Shown: positions 36,911-47,267 of the stretch, piece after piece
Numbering within the stretch: the first letter of the stretch is position 1
How the letters are laid out: each line of letters begins with the position of its first letter
NCBI GenBank assembly: GCA_965222425.1
Contig: CBDCTW010000005.1
Coordinates: forward strand, 122,247 to 186,246
Reading direction: 5' to 3'
Origin: Candidatus Marinacidobacterales bacterium
GTDB lineage: Bacteria; Acidobacteriota; Vicinamibacteria; Marinacidobacterales; DATDRI01
Length of the DNA: 64,000 nt
Program-made: the position numbers and the translations under genes
The notes under the pieces: generated by a model
The model's database searches: none
What the model was told of the DNA's origin: nothing
The model's input: the letters and a program-made list of their open reading frames with translations, nothing else

Positions 36911-38290
36911 TCAGCCAAAGGAAAGCATGGGCTCGCGCTCAAGGGAGCGGGCTCGGCGTGACCAGGCAACGAGAAGAACGAGGCCAACCGCCACGAGGCC
37001 GACGCAGAAGCCTATCCAAAGTCCGATCACGCCGGCGCCTTTGACGAAGCACAACGTGTATCCGACGGGGAGTCCAACGAACCAATATCCCACCAAGGTA
37101 ACCAGCATTGGGGTTCTGGTGTCCCCCGCGCCGCGCATGATCCCGGTGGCGACTATTTGCACGCCGTCGAACAATTGGAAGAAGGCGGCCACGAGAAGAA
37201 GAGAAATACCGATCGTGATCACCGCGGCGTCGCTGGTGAAAGCTCTCAGAATATGGGATGGAAAGAGTAGAAAAACGGTGGCCGAGCACGCCATGAATCC
37301 GGCCCCGATGATTAACGCCATCCACCCCGCGCGCGCCGCGCCGACACCATCCCCCCGTCCAAGGGCGTGTCCCACCCGAACCGCCCCCGCAGATGAGACG
37401 CCGAGTGGAACCATGAAAGTGCAACTCTCAGCGGTGATAGCGATTTGATGCGCGGCGATGGACGCGGAGTCCAGTTTGCCCGCCAACGCCGTGCCCGCAG
37501 CGAACGCTCCCAATTCCAGTGTGATTTGGAGCGCGGCGGGGAAACCGAGGCTTAGTAGACGACGAAATCGCGCGGTGTCGATACCGAGCGGCGTGTGCAA
37601 GAGATCGGTTCGGTGGACGTGATCGTAGTAAAGGGCGTACCCGATGAGGCCAATCGCCAGATAGGCTCGTGAGATGCAGGTGGCCCAACCCGCTCCCTCG
37701 ACACCCATAACGGGTGCACCCAAATTGCCGAACACTAAGATCCAGTTGGCGGCTACGTTGACGAGATTGGCACTTACCAGCACCACCATGACCGGCTTGA
37801 CCAAACCCATCCCTTGAAGGTAACGGCGAAACGTGGAGTAGAGAAGAAGCGGGAGCATGCTCCAAGTAACTGCTTTCAAGTAAGGAATCGTGAGCGGAAA
37901 GACATCGGGGTTCATTCCCAAATGGGAGAGAAGCGGGATGACCGACCAAATGACGCCGGTTAGAAGCGGTGCGAGCATGAAGCTCAGGTACACACCTTGA
38001 ACCAAAGAGCGATGGCACTCTTCGATTTTCCCTGCGCCAAACGCTTGGGAAACAAGAGTATCCAGTCCTAGCAAGAGCCCGATCCCGAAGATCCCGACGA
38101 CAAGAAAGAGGGCGGTTCCCAGGCTGACCGCACCAATGGACTCGGCGCTGACGCGACCCACCATCAGGGTGTCGACCATCCCCATGGCGTTCCAACCCAG
38201 CTCGGCCGCCACCACCGGCAACGCAAGCTTCAGCATGGGCCTCAACTCCTGCTTCAGCTCGCGCAGTTTCAGGAACAGCCTTGAGCTCAT
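36911..38290 (-). CDS. MATE-family efflux transporter
   Basis: 459 aa, 12 hydrophobic segments, N-terminal ...LKLALPVVAAELGWNAMGMVDTLMVGR... typical of NorM/DinF-type MATE proteins. Confidence 0.85.
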   Translation of the reverse strand: MSSRLFLKLRELKQELRPMLKLALPVVAAELGWNAMGMVDTLMVGRVSAESIGAVSLGTALFLVVGIFGIGLLLGLDTLVSQAFGAGKIEECHRSLVQGVYLSFMLAPLLTGVIWSVIPLLSHLGMNPDVFPLTIPYLKAVTWSMLPLLLYSTFRRYLQGMGLVKPVMVVLVSANLVNVAANWILVFGNLGAPVMGVEGAGWATCISRAYLAIGLIGYALYYDHVHRTDLLHTPLGIDTARFRRLLSLGFPAALQITLELGAFAAGTALAGKLDSASIAAHQIAITAESCTFMVPLGVSSAGAVRVGHALGRGDGVGAARAGWMALIIGAGFMACSATVFLLFPSHILRAFTSDAAVITIGISLLLVAAFFQLFDGVQIVATGIMRGAGDTRTPMLVTLVGYWFVGLPVGYTLCFVKGAGVIGLWIGFCVGLVAVGLVLLVAWSRRARSLEREPMLSFG

Positions 38291-38754
38291 GCGCCCGCCT
38301 TCGTTCCCTCTCCGGCGTTTCCTCCCAGCGAACTTCGGCGAGGCCGTGCCGAAGCTTGCGCAGGCGGGCAGTCGCGAAGTATCCCGGGGGGAGTAGCTTC
38401 GAGCTCATGCCGGGACATCTGATACCTTCGAAGCAGCCCCAAGGCGGACGATTCGATGGGGGTGCTGGCGAGAGCCTGCAGCGGCCGCGCAGCACGAAGT
38501 TCCGAAGCGGCCGTCGCAATGAATGATGACGTGGGGCCCAGACGCCACTAGCAGGCTGATGAAAAACGGACCAGCCTGCGCGACCGGAGGGACCCGCGCG
38601 CGCTTGCGCGCCGACGAAGTCCGAGCCGTGGGATTGTCCGCCTCCGTCAGTTGTACCAATTGACTTCGGCGGGACCAAGCCGAAGCCTTTGGCGTAGGCT
38701 GGGGGCCCCGCGGCTTGCGCACCAATGAAAGACTAACGGCGGGCGTCCGTGACA

Positions 38755-40377
38755 CTAGAAACGGACCAGCGACACCTTTTCGATCCCGGGTATCTGAGAA
38801 ACGGTGTGGATCTCTTCTGTATCGAGGCTGCGATCAATGCTCAGAACCATGACCGCTTCGCGCGCCTGTCGGGGATCTCGACGTCCCACCGCCATACGAG
38901 AGATGTTCACCGCCATCTCGCCGAGCGCGCTGCCAACCGCTCCCACGCGTCCGGGACGATCCTCGTTCTCGACAATGAGGATGTAGTCTTCCCCGTGGCT
39001 CAACGCGCTCCGGGCGACATCCACCTCGAAGCCGTTGATCTCTACGATGTGTGGAACGCCGTGGACCAACGTGCCGCGAACGCAAGATTCGCCGTCCTGG
39101 CCATGGAGGCGAACTGAGACGAGGTTGGTATAAGGACCCGCGTCGTCCATTTTACGCTCCTCGACGTGCCAGCCACGTCTCGTCAAAACATGTTGCAAAG
39201 AGACCACGTTGACTTGCTCTTCGCTGATTGTCGAAAGCAACCCCGCGACCGCAGCCGCTTTTAGGGTCGTCGTATCGTAGTTCGCCAGCTCTCCCTGGTA
39301 ATCGATTTCAACCTGCTTCCACCCGCCGCCACCGAGCTGCGTCGCCACCCTGCCGCACATCTCCGCGACTGGTAGATAAGGACCGATAGCGGCGAGGGTT
39401 TCTGGATCCAAGACCGGCGCATTCACCGCAGCGGTAGCCGGCTTTCCAGAAAGCACCAGCACGACTTCGCGAGCCACATCCAGCGCCACCTGCTCTTGGG
39501 CCTCGACAGTGGACGCTCCCAAATGGGGAGTGGTGATGACCCCCGGATGTCTGAGCAGCGGGTTGTCTTTCTTGGGAGGCTCGTCCTCGAACACGTCGAG
39601 CGCCGCTCCAACTATTTGCTTGGACTCGAGCGACGCCAGAAGCGCGACTTCATCGATCAAGCCCCCACGGGCCGCGTTGATCAAGCGAGCGCCGGGCTTC
39701 ATTTTCTTTAGTCGTTTCTCACCGAGTAGATGCTTAGTATCCGGAGTCAGCGCGCAGTGCAAGCTCACGAAGTCCGAGCGTTCGAGTAAACTATCCAAAC
39801 TCACGAGCTCGACCCCCAATATATGGGCTCGCTCTTCGGGAACGAACGGATCGAACCCGAGCACTTCCATTTCCATCGCTCGCAGGCGACGAGCAACCGC
39901 AGAGCCCACCTGGCCCATGCCGATGATCCCCACGATCTTCCCACGGACTTCCACTCCCACGAAAGACTTCCGGTCCCATTCTCCACGGTGAAGACTGTTA
40001 TCCGCGGACACGACGTGACGGGCGAGTGCGAGCAAGAGCGCGACGGTGAGCTCGGCGGCAGAAATGGTATTGCCAGTTGGTGCATTCACCACGATGATGC
40101 CGCGCTCGGAAGCGGCTTCGATATCGATGTTGTCGACTCCGACGCCGGCACGTCCGACGACACGGAGCTCGGACGCTCGTTCCAGCGCCTGCCGGGTCAC
40201 CTGTGTTTGGCTTCGCACGATGAGCCCGTGATAGGTGGGCAGCGTGTCGACCAGATCCTGGGCGCTCATCCCGGTGCGTACGTCGACCTCGGCTGCTCCC
40301 TTCAGGATCTCGATTCCCTCGGGAGAGATCCGATCGGCGACCAGAATACGAAGATCCACCCTCAGGCGTGCTCTCAC
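38755..40377 (-). CDS. serA: D-3-phosphoglycerate dehydrogenase (long form with ASB and ACT domains)
   Basis: ILVADRIS..., GIIGMGQVGSAVA (NAD site), catalytic R/E/H pattern, C-terminal ACT domain. The start is either GTG 40377 (GTGA overlap with the upstream stop) or GTG 40359. Confidence 0.9.
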   Translation of the reverse strand: MRARLRVDLRILVADRISPEGIEILKGAAEVDVRTGMSAQDLVDTLPTYHGLIVRSQTQVTRQALERASELRVVGRAGVGVDNIDIEAASERGIIVVNAPTGNTISAAELTVALLLALARHVVSADNSLHRGEWDRKSFVGVEVRGKIVGIIGMGQVGSAVARRLRAMEMEVLGFDPFVPEERAHILGVELVSLDSLLERSDFVSLHCALTPDTKHLLGEKRLKKMKPGARLINAARGGLIDEVALLASLESKQIVGAALDVFEDEPPKKDNPLLRHPGVITTPHLGASTVEAQEQVALDVAREVVLVLSGKPATAAVNAPVLDPETLAAIGPYLPVAEMCGRVATQLGGGGWKQVEIDYQGELANYDTTTLKAAAVAGLLSTISEEQVNVVSLQHVLTRRGWHVEERKMDDAGPYTNLVSVRLHGQDGESCVRGTLVHGVPHIVEINGFEVDVARSALSHGEDYILIVENEDRPGRVGAVGSALGEMAVNISRMAVGRRDPRQAREAVMVLSIDRSLDTEEIHTVSQIPGIEKVSLVRF

Positions 40378-41492
40378 GGTGTCGATTCGGCGGGAAGCTC
40401 GTAGCCGAGCTCGGGCAGCACTTTGGTGATCGCGGTGATGGCCCGGTCCAAATCGCCATCGTTTACCCAACCCAAGTGGCCGAGGCGAAAGATGCGCCCC
40501 GCTAACGACTTTTGCCCGCCTCCCACTACGGTGTCATATTTTTCTCGAAGAGATCGCGTCAGCTCTTTCCCGTCCACGCCCTCGGGCACGGAAACGGCGG
40601 TCACGGTATTGGACGCGAACGCTTCATCGGCGAAGAGCTTGAGCCCAACTGATTTGACGCGCTCGCGGGTTTTTGCGGCGATGCGGGCGTGCCGCGCGTA
40701 GATGGCGTCCGGGCCTTCGCTCATCATCCGGTCGAGACTCACATCGAGACCGTAGATGATGGGAATGGCGGGAGTCCAGGGGGTCTGACCCTTCGAGGCC
40801 GCGTCGCGGTGGGCGCGCAGGTCGAAGTAGAAGCGCGGCATCGTCGACCGCTCCGAGGCCTCCCACGCGCGCGGCCCGATTTCAATGATGGCCAAACCGG
40901 GAGGGACCGCCCATCCTTTTTGAGATCCGCTGACGACGACGTCGATGCCCCACTCATCGGCCGGAAGAGCGATGGATCCGGTGCTCGAGATCCCATCGAC
41001 GAGGATCAGGGCGTCGCTCTCGGCCCTGATCGCTTCGCAGATCTCCCCGAGCGGGTTCGTCACCCCGGTGGAGGTCTCGTTGTGAGTGACCAGGACGGCT
41101 CGGATCCCCTTCTCCTCGCGAAGCGCCTCTCGGATCTGCTCGGGAGAAGCCGCCTTGCCCCAATCGAACTCCAATCGGCGCACGTCGGCGCCGTAAGTCT
41201 CGGCGATCGTGCAAAAGCGGTCACCGAAAGCCCCGATGGTCACTCCCAAGACGCGGTCCTTGGGACTCAAAGTGTTGACCACCGCGGCTTCGAGTCCTCC
41301 GGTGCCGCTCGCGGTGAGGAGCAAAATGTCGTTTCGGGTGCCCAGAAACGTCTGAAGCTTATCGGACACCCTCTTCATGAGCGCCGCCATTTCGGGGCCA
41401 CGGTGGTTGATCATCTGCTTGGCCAACGCGCTCAGAACTTCTGGGGGACAGGGGGTCGGACCTGGAATTCGAAGGTTCACTAGTGACTCCAA
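40374..41492 (-). CDS. Class-V aminotransferase (phosphoserine / serine-pyruvate aminotransferase type)
   Basis: PGPTPCPPEVL..., ...SGSQKGWAVPPGL (PLP-Lys context), 372 aa. Its position directly upstream of serA suggests the phosphoserine aminotransferase role. Confidence 0.8.
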   Translation of the reverse strand: MESLVNLRIPGPTPCPPEVLSALAKQMINHRGPEMAALMKRVSDKLQTFLGTRNDILLLTASGTGGLEAAVVNTLSPKDRVLGVTIGAFGDRFCTIAETYGADVRRLEFDWGKAASPEQIREALREEKGIRAVLVTHNETSTGVTNPLGEICEAIRAESDALILVDGISSTGSIALPADEWGIDVVVSGSQKGWAVPPGLAIIEIGPRAWEASERSTMPRFYFDLRAHRDAASKGQTPWTPAIPIIYGLDVSLDRMMSEGPDAIYARHARIAAKTRERVKSVGLKLFADEAFASNTVTAVSVPEGVDGKELTRSLREKYDTVVGGGQKSLAGRIFRLGHLGWVNDGDLDRAITAITKVLPELGYELPAESTP

Positions 41493-41606
41493 ACCGGTTT
41501 AGCTTCTTGGGGTTCGTTCCGCGCTTCGAGCGCAGCCAGCTCTCGCGAATAGTACCACGGCCGCGAAGGCGGACACCGACCTGCTAGACCCCAAACTTCT
41601 CAGGCG

Positions 41607-43517
41607 TTAGTAACGAAAGCCAAGCAGATTCCAGTAGTGGAGAAAGGGAATGAAAGCCAATGCCAGGATCGTGGTCAGAGAAAAATAGGCGCGCCCAAGC
41701 AGAGACGGGAGCCCTCGCTTCCAAGAGAGGCTCGTAACGACAGCAAGCACCACCGAAAGTGCAGCCGTCAGCAGTGGGAGCAAGAGCAGACCGACCATCA
41801 CCGCCGGCATCCCGTAGAGGTAGCTATAGGCATCGACGCCACGACCAAAGTAGCCGAGACCGACGAGGAAGGAGAGGTTCAAGACGCTCAGCGAGATGGC
41901 GATGAAATACGCGAGGCCACCGGATCGACTGACGGAGGGGCGTCGCGATCGCAACGAACTCAACGATCTCAACTGGCCCGCTCCGTAAAGAAGCCCTCCC
42001 CCAACGGCCGCGACAAGAAAGGCGGGAGGAAAGAATGCAAATAGCTTCTTCTGGAACGTCGGTGTTTCGTACCAGGCAAGCTTCTCATAGGCCTCGTTTC
42101 CGATGAACATGTGTGTCACTTCGCCCCGCTCGTTTTCACGAAAGGCCAGATAACCGTCATCACCGACTCCCCGGAAGAGTAGCGGCTCGACGTTCTCCCA
42201 TCGGGTCGGTTGGCGAAAGTCGTCAGGATAACGGACGCTCAGATTGTCGTCCGCCGCCGTCACCCGATACTCGGATGCGAGGGTCATTAGTTTTTCGAAA
42301 GATCGGCTCGAGAAGTAACGCAGCGAGCGGTAACTTCCCTTGAATCGTTCGACGGGTTCGGGCGAAGGCGGCGCTCGAGTCACCGCGGCGCTCGACGCTG
42401 GAAAGTAGCGATCCAAGAATTGCCTCCGGAACTCCTCGTGTAGCTCCTCCTCGAACCGGTTGGAAGCGAGGAAAAAACCGACGTTTCGTCGCGGAAGTAA
42501 GAGGAAATAGCTCGAGTAGCCACGAAGCCCCCCGGCGTGTGCAAAGACTCGCTCGCCGTTCTCGAAGCGCTCATGAAAACCGTAGGTACGGCCCGGTAGA
42601 CGCGGGTGATGCGCGAAATGGCGCCGCTGCATTTCGTCCTTGGTTTCCGAAGACAAAATGCGCGCACCATGATAGCTTCCGTCTTGGATCTGAGCGATCA
42701 GGAAGTGCGCCATGTCTGGCGCGGTGCTGCTGAGAGACGAGGCAGGGGCCACGTTGAAATAATCGTACGAGGCGGGAAGGTACTCGTCCTTCAAATATCG
42801 GTAGCCCACAGCGAGATCGGTCTTGAGTCGAGCCGGCAGCTCGAAACTCGTGCGCGTCATCCGCAACGGACGAAATATGTGCTCGTCCACGTAGGACTCG
42901 AAGGGAACTCCGGACATCTCCTCCACCAAGAGGCCGGCGAGCGCGTATCCGTGGTTGGAGTACGCAATGAGCTCCCCTGGTGGGCGGATGCGAGGAGGCA
43001 GTCGAGCTGCAATGTATTCGGGAAGCGGCAAGCGATCGACTCGACGGCGGGCGGCGATTCCGATGTATCGATCGTCGAAGCCGGCGGTATGAGTCAACAA
43101 GTGCGCGGCGGTGACCGGCTCGCGGAAGCTGTCGTCGATCTTGACGGGGTTTAGGTATCTGCCAACGTCCGCATTCAAGTCGATGCGGCCCCGCTCCACG
43201 AGCTGCAAGAGGGCGGTGGCAGTGAAAAGCTTGGAGACAGAGCCCACGCGAAAGACGGTCTTTTCGGCGGCGACCAGTGTCCCACTCTCCATGTCGGCCC
43301 ATCCGAACCCCTTCGTGAGAATCGCCTCTCCATCCTTTACGACCGTGAGAACGAGGCCCGGGATATGCAACCGATTCATCTGCGCCTCGAAGAACCGGTC
43401 CACGAAATTCTCCAGATCCCTCGGGTCGGAAAGCCGATCTTCTTCCGTTGCCGAATAGAGGCGTGAGGTGCAGAGGCACAAGCAGAGCACGATGCCGAGA
43501 GCGGACCGTACGTTCAT
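41607..43517 (-). CDS. Serine hydrolase (beta-lactamase/PBP4* class-C fold) with C-terminal polytopic membrane domain
   Basis: Signal MNVRSALGIVLCLCLC. FRVGSVSKLFTA (S-x-x-K), YSNHGY (Y-x-N). The last ~170 aa contain four or more hydrophobic helices. The start ATG 43517 overlaps the upstream stop (ATGA). Confidence 0.8.
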   Translation of the reverse strand: MNVRSALGIVLCLCLCTSRLYSATEEDRLSDPRDLENFVDRFFEAQMNRLHIPGLVLTVVKDGEAILTKGFGWADMESGTLVAAEKTVFRVGSVSKLFTATALLQLVERGRIDLNADVGRYLNPVKIDDSFREPVTAAHLLTHTAGFDDRYIGIAARRRVDRLPLPEYIAARLPPRIRPPGELIAYSNHGYALAGLLVEEMSGVPFESYVDEHIFRPLRMTRTSFELPARLKTDLAVGYRYLKDEYLPASYDYFNVAPASSLSSTAPDMAHFLIAQIQDGSYHGARILSSETKDEMQRRHFAHHPRLPGRTYGFHERFENGERVFAHAGGLRGYSSYFLLLPRRNVGFFLASNRFEEELHEEFRRQFLDRYFPASSAAVTRAPPSPEPVERFKGSYRSLRYFSSRSFEKLMTLASEYRVTAADDNLSVRYPDDFRQPTRWENVEPLLFRGVGDDGYLAFRENERGEVTHMFIGNEAYEKLAWYETPTFQKKLFAFFPPAFLVAAVGGGLLYGAGQLRSLSSLRSRRPSVSRSGGLAYFIAISLSVLNLSFLVGLGYFGRGVDAYSYLYGMPAVMVGLLLLPLLTAALSVVLAVVTSLSWKRGLPSLLGRAYFSLTTILALAFIPFLHYWNLLGFRY

Positions 43518-44842
43518 GGGCTGATCTCCGACAAGGTCTCGGCGAGAACCGAGGTCAGGGCGTCGATCTGCTCTTCCTCTATTATCAAGGGTGGCGCCAG
43601 CATGATCAGGTCTCCGTCGATGCCGTCCGCACAACCTGCCGAGCGATAAACGATCAGACCCTTAGAAAAAGCCTTCTCCGCAACTTCCTCGACGAGGCGA
43701 CGACTACGGGGGAACGGGACCTTGGTCTTTCGATCGGCGACCAGCTCGATTCCCGCAAGGAGACCAACGGCGCGTACGTCGCCTACGAGTGGAGACCGTT
43801 CGAGCTCACGGAGCCGCTCGGAAAAGTAGGGTCCTTTGGCCCAGGCCCTTTCGGGAAGTTGCTCCCGCTCCCAAATCGAGACCACCGCGTCGCAGGCGGC
43901 CGCCACCACAGGATGGTGGGAGAACGTGTACCCGTGAGTGAAGTTGCCGAACCTTTCGCGAACGGCCTCTACGAGGGAAGTCCGCACGGCGACTGCGCCG
44001 GCGGGAATGTAGCCACCGCTCAGCCCCTTGCCCATTACCACGACATCAGGTTGTACGCCGAAGTGATCCACGCCGAAGTACCGACCGGTACGCCCGAAAC
44101 CGGTCATCACTTCATCGGCAATGAGCAAGATCCCGTGACGGTCGCAGATTTCTCGCACGCGCGGAAAATACTCCGGCGGAGGGACTGCGGCGTTCCCCGC
44201 CGCGCCGAGGATTGGCTCGGCGATGAAGGCCGCCACCGCGGGATCCCGGTCGAGAACCTGCTCGAGCGCGTCAGCGCATTTCACTCCACACTCCGCGCAC
44301 GAGATCTCCCCGAAGGGGCAACGGTAGCAATAGGGAGCGGGGACGCGAGGAAGATCCGCCAACAACGGTTCGTAGGGCTCGCGTAACGAAGCGCGTCCCG
44401 ATACGGCAAGAGCGCCCAGTGTGTTTCCGTGATAGCTGGGCCAGCGACCGATGACCTTGTGCTTTTCGGGTCCGCCGAGAGCCAACTGGTACTGCCTCGA
44501 CAACTTAATAGATGTTTCCACCGCTTCTGCTCCGCCGGGTACGAGATAGACCTTGTCCAGATCTCCGGGAAGCACCTTCGTTAGCTTCGTGCTCAGACGC
44601 TCGAGGACTTCGGTGGTGAAGTGGCTCCCATGAGTGTAGGCAACCTGCGATGCCTGCCGTGCCATCGCTTCCGCAACTTCGGACCGGCCATGACCGATGT
44701 TGACCACCAGGGCTCCCCCCGAGCCGTCGATATACTGGTTGCCTCGACGGTCGTAGAGGTAGATCCCTTCGCCGCGGACGACCTTCGAGTAGGGTCGCTC
44801 CAGGTCCCGGTAGAAGACCGATCCGTTGGGGAACGTATGCAT
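43514..44842 (-). CDS. Class-III (omega) aminotransferase
   Basis: ...GGALVVNIGHG..., ...LIADEVMTGFGRTGRYFG..., ...MGKGLSGGY... motifs. 442 aa. Confidence 0.85.
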   Translation of the reverse strand: MHTFPNGSVFYRDLERPYSKVVRGEGIYLYDRRGNQYIDGSGGALVVNIGHGRSEVAEAMARQASQVAYTHGSHFTTEVLERLSTKLTKVLPGDLDKVYLVPGGAEAVETSIKLSRQYQLALGGPEKHKVIGRWPSYHGNTLGALAVSGRASLREPYEPLLADLPRVPAPYCYRCPFGEISCAECGVKCADALEQVLDRDPAVAAFIAEPILGAAGNAAVPPPEYFPRVREICDRHGILLIADEVMTGFGRTGRYFGVDHFGVQPDVVVMGKGLSGGYIPAGAVAVRTSLVEAVRERFGNFTHGYTFSHHPVVAAACDAVVSIWEREQLPERAWAKGPYFSERLRELERSPLVGDVRAVGLLAGIELVADRKTKVPFPRSRRLVEEVAEKAFSKGLIVYRSAGCADGIDGDLIMLAPPLIIEEEQIDALTSVLAETLSEISP

Positions 44843-45001
44843 GATGGAGCGCCAGTCTAACGGCGGCTGGCCCGTTTGTTCAATTGGGCCGCCGTGTTGG
44901 CCACCAACAGTGAAGTGAAGCGCGCCTCAGAGGATCCGGACAATCTGGACAGGAAGTCCCTTTCCCCCTATGATCTTCTCTCATTCAAAACGGAGGTCTT
45001 C

Positions 45002-46036
45002 ATGGCCCAGGAAGACACTTTCAAAATCACCTACGCCACCCTCTCCGCCCCCAGCGAGGAAATGCACCTCGAGTACGACCGTGCCATCGAAAAGGTCAGA
45101 AAGGGCATGGGCAACACCCACGCCATGTGGATCGATGGAAGAGAGGTCTCGGGACGGGACACCTTCGACAACCAATCTCCTGCAGACACCGGTCTCGTGA
45201 TCGGTCGTTTTCAGGACGGAGCTCCCGAGGATGCGGCCGCCGCCGTGGACGCCGCCTTCTCTGGTTTCCCGTCTTGGAGCCACACCCCGTGGGACAAGAG
45301 GGTCGAGCTCATGTTGAAGGCGGCGGACATCATTAGTGGCCGGCGGTTCGAGCTGGCCGCGCTCATGAGCTACGAGGTCGGCAAGAATCGCTTCGAGGCG
45401 CTGGGAGACGTGGAAGAAGGCGCCGATCTCATACGCTACTACTGCAAACAGATAGAAGACGCGGACGGATTCGACCGGCCGATGGGCAAACTATCCCCCA
45501 ACGAAAAGACGAGAGATGTGCTTCGTCCCTATGGCGTATGGGTGGTGATATCTCCCTTCAACTTTCCTCCGGCCCTGCCGGCCGGAATGATGGCCGATGC
45601 CCTCATCGCGGGTAACACTGTGGTCTTCAAACCGGCACCCGACTCATCCTCGACTGCGGTGCGGCTCTACGAAGCTCTGCGGGAAGCCGGGCTACCTCTC
45701 GATCACCAGCTGTTTCGTGAAGAGCTTTTCGTCCCGCTACTTACCATCGGTGAGGTCGGCTCGCTCGGCGAAGCCTTCGAGCTCGCGAACCGTACGGAGT
45801 ACGGATTGACCGCCGGCATCTTCAGCGAGGATCGCGAGGAGATCGAGCTCTTCCTCGACCGCATCCAGGCTGGGGCCACCTTCGCGAACCGCAGGAGTGG
45901 CGCGACCACCGGCGCCTGGCCGGGCGTCAATCCCTTCTGCGGATGGAAGGCGAGCGGTGCGAGCGGTAAGGGCGTTTGCGGACCCTACTACGTCCAGCAG
46001 TTCCTGCGCGAGCAAAGCCAGACTGTGTTGGAGTGA
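45002..46036 (+). pseudogene. Aldehyde dehydrogenase (1-pyrroline-5-carboxylate dehydrogenase-like) with a large in-frame internal deletion
   Basis: GGAGG then ATG 45002. The N-terminal half, up to ...GNTVVFKPAPDSSSTAVRLYEALREAGLP, is joined at about 45700 directly to ...LFREELFVPLLTIGEVGSLGEAFELANRTEYGLTAGIFS...NPFCGWKASG. The segment that carries the catalytic Glu (E-x-GGK) and Cys (G-Q-x-C) motifs is absent. 344 aa versus an expected >500. Confidence 0.65.
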
Positions 46037-46040
46037 TGGT

Positions 46041-46778
46041 ATGGTTACCCCAAAAAAAGGCGCCACTCCGGTGAGGAGCTCGGGAATTCTGTTGGCGACG
46101 TACCTGGTCGGTAGCGTACTCGCTGCCGGACAGCAAGCCCCCCGTTCGTCCCGCGTCTTCAATCCCAAGAATGCCGAACGGCTCGAGGAGCCTTCACGGG
46201 ACGGATGGCAAAAACCGGCCGAGGTCGTGATGGCTTTGAAGCTCGAGTCCGGCGACGTCGTCGCGGACATCGGAACGGGCTCGGGCTACTTCGTTCCGTA
46301 CCTATCCAAAGCTGTCGGTCCCTCCGGGCGAGTCTTGGCGGTGGACATCCAGCCCGAGATGTTGGCCTTCGTCGAGCGTAAGGTCGGCAAGCTCGGCCTC
46401 ACCAACGTGATCACGGTGCTCTCTCAGGAAGCGGACACGCGCCTGGACCCAGAATCCGTGGACCTCGCGCTCATGGTCGATGTTTATCATGAGCTGGGCT
46501 CGCCGAGCTCGTTGCTCGCGAACATCCGTTCGGCACTCAAAATCGACGGGCGTTTCGCAATTGTCGATTTCAAGCGCGAAAAAGAGGCAGCGGAGATTGG
46601 GCCCCCGCTCAGCCACCGGGTTCCGCAGGAGCGCGTGATCTCGGAGCTGAAGCGTACCGGGTTCGAGCTCGTAGAGACGCTCACCAATCTTCCCTACCAA
46701 TACTTTCTCGTCTTCTCGCACACCAACGCCGCGCCCGCCTTGACGGGCAACGAATCAACGGGGAGCACGCGACAATGA
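46041..46778 (+). CDS. Class I SAM-dependent methyltransferase, exported or membrane-anchored
   Basis: VADIGTGSGYF (motif I), VLAVDIQPEM, ...LKIDGRFAIVDF. N-terminal hydrophobic segment ILLATYLVGSVLAAG. Confidence 0.8.
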   Translation: MVTPKKGATPVRSSGILLATYLVGSVLAAGQQAPRSSRVFNPKNAERLEEPSRDGWQKPAEVVMALKLESGDVVADIGTGSGYFVPYLSKAVGPSGRVLAVDIQPEMLAFVERKVGKLGLTNVITVLSQEADTRLDPESVDLALMVDVYHELGSPSSLLANIRSALKIDGRFAIVDFKREKEAAEIGPPLSHRVPQERVISELKRTGFELVETLTNLPYQYFLVFSHTNAAPALTGNESTGSTRQ

Positions 46779-47200
46779 GTCGAGTCTTCGACCGGGCGGC
46801 CATCGAGAAGATTCTTCCGCACCGCCACCCTTTTCTCTTCGTCGACGAAGTCATCGAGCTCGTGCCAAGCGAACGCGTCGTTGGGCTCGTCCGAATCGCC
46901 GATAACGGAATCTTCCTCATGAAAGATGGGGCCGAACGGTACTTTCCCTCGACCCTTCTGATCGAAGCTATGGCCCAGGTGGGAGCGATCCTGGTACTGT
47001 ATCCTGAGGAAAACCGCGGTCGCACAATCTACTTTCGTGCCATCGACCACGCCGAGTTCCACAAGAAGGTGCCAGCCGGGGCCACCGTGCGAATCGAGGG
47101 CACGGTGCGGCGGATGCGCGGTCGCTTGGGAAACCTCCAACTGAAGGCCTTCCTCGGGGACGTCCTCGCCGCCGAGGGTGTGATGGGCTTCGCCCTCTAG
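46775..47200 (+). CDS. fabZ: 3-hydroxyacyl-ACP dehydratase (FabZ-like hotdog fold)
   Basis: ILPHRHPFLFVDEV... and ...LLIEAMAQVGAIL... are FabZ signatures. 141 aa. Confidence 0.75.
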   Translation: MSRVFDRAAIEKILPHRHPFLFVDEVIELVPSERVVGLVRIADNGIFLMKDGAERYFPSTLLIEAMAQVGAILVLYPEENRGRTIYFRAIDHAEFHKKVPAGATVRIEGTVRRMRGRLGNLQLKAFLGDVLAAEGVMGFAL

Positions 47201-47233
47201 TCGCCCCCAACTCCGTAGAGACCTCAGAGCTTC

Positions 47234-47262
47234 TTGACATCTCGTAGAGCCCGGAGTACGCT
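47234..47262 (+). promoter_or_regulatory. Candidate sigma-70-like promoter of the riboswitch-controlled operon
   Basis: TTGACA (47234-47239), 17-nt spacer, TACGCT (47257-47262). The predicted start site falls at the first base pairs of riboswitch helix P1. Confidence 0.4.
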
Positions 47263-47267
47263 TCCCC

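Noticed and set aside
38290-38755. ORFs in the MATE-serA spacer, and a second ATGAGCTC(G/A)A(A/G)GCT start-like sequence 114 nt upstream of the MATE start (MSSKLL versus MSSRLF), suggesting a 5' duplication
   Set aside because: - Similarity is limited to about 19 nt, with weak resemblance beyond.
- The translations are Arg/Pro-rich without motifs.
- This could be chance in GC-rich DNA.
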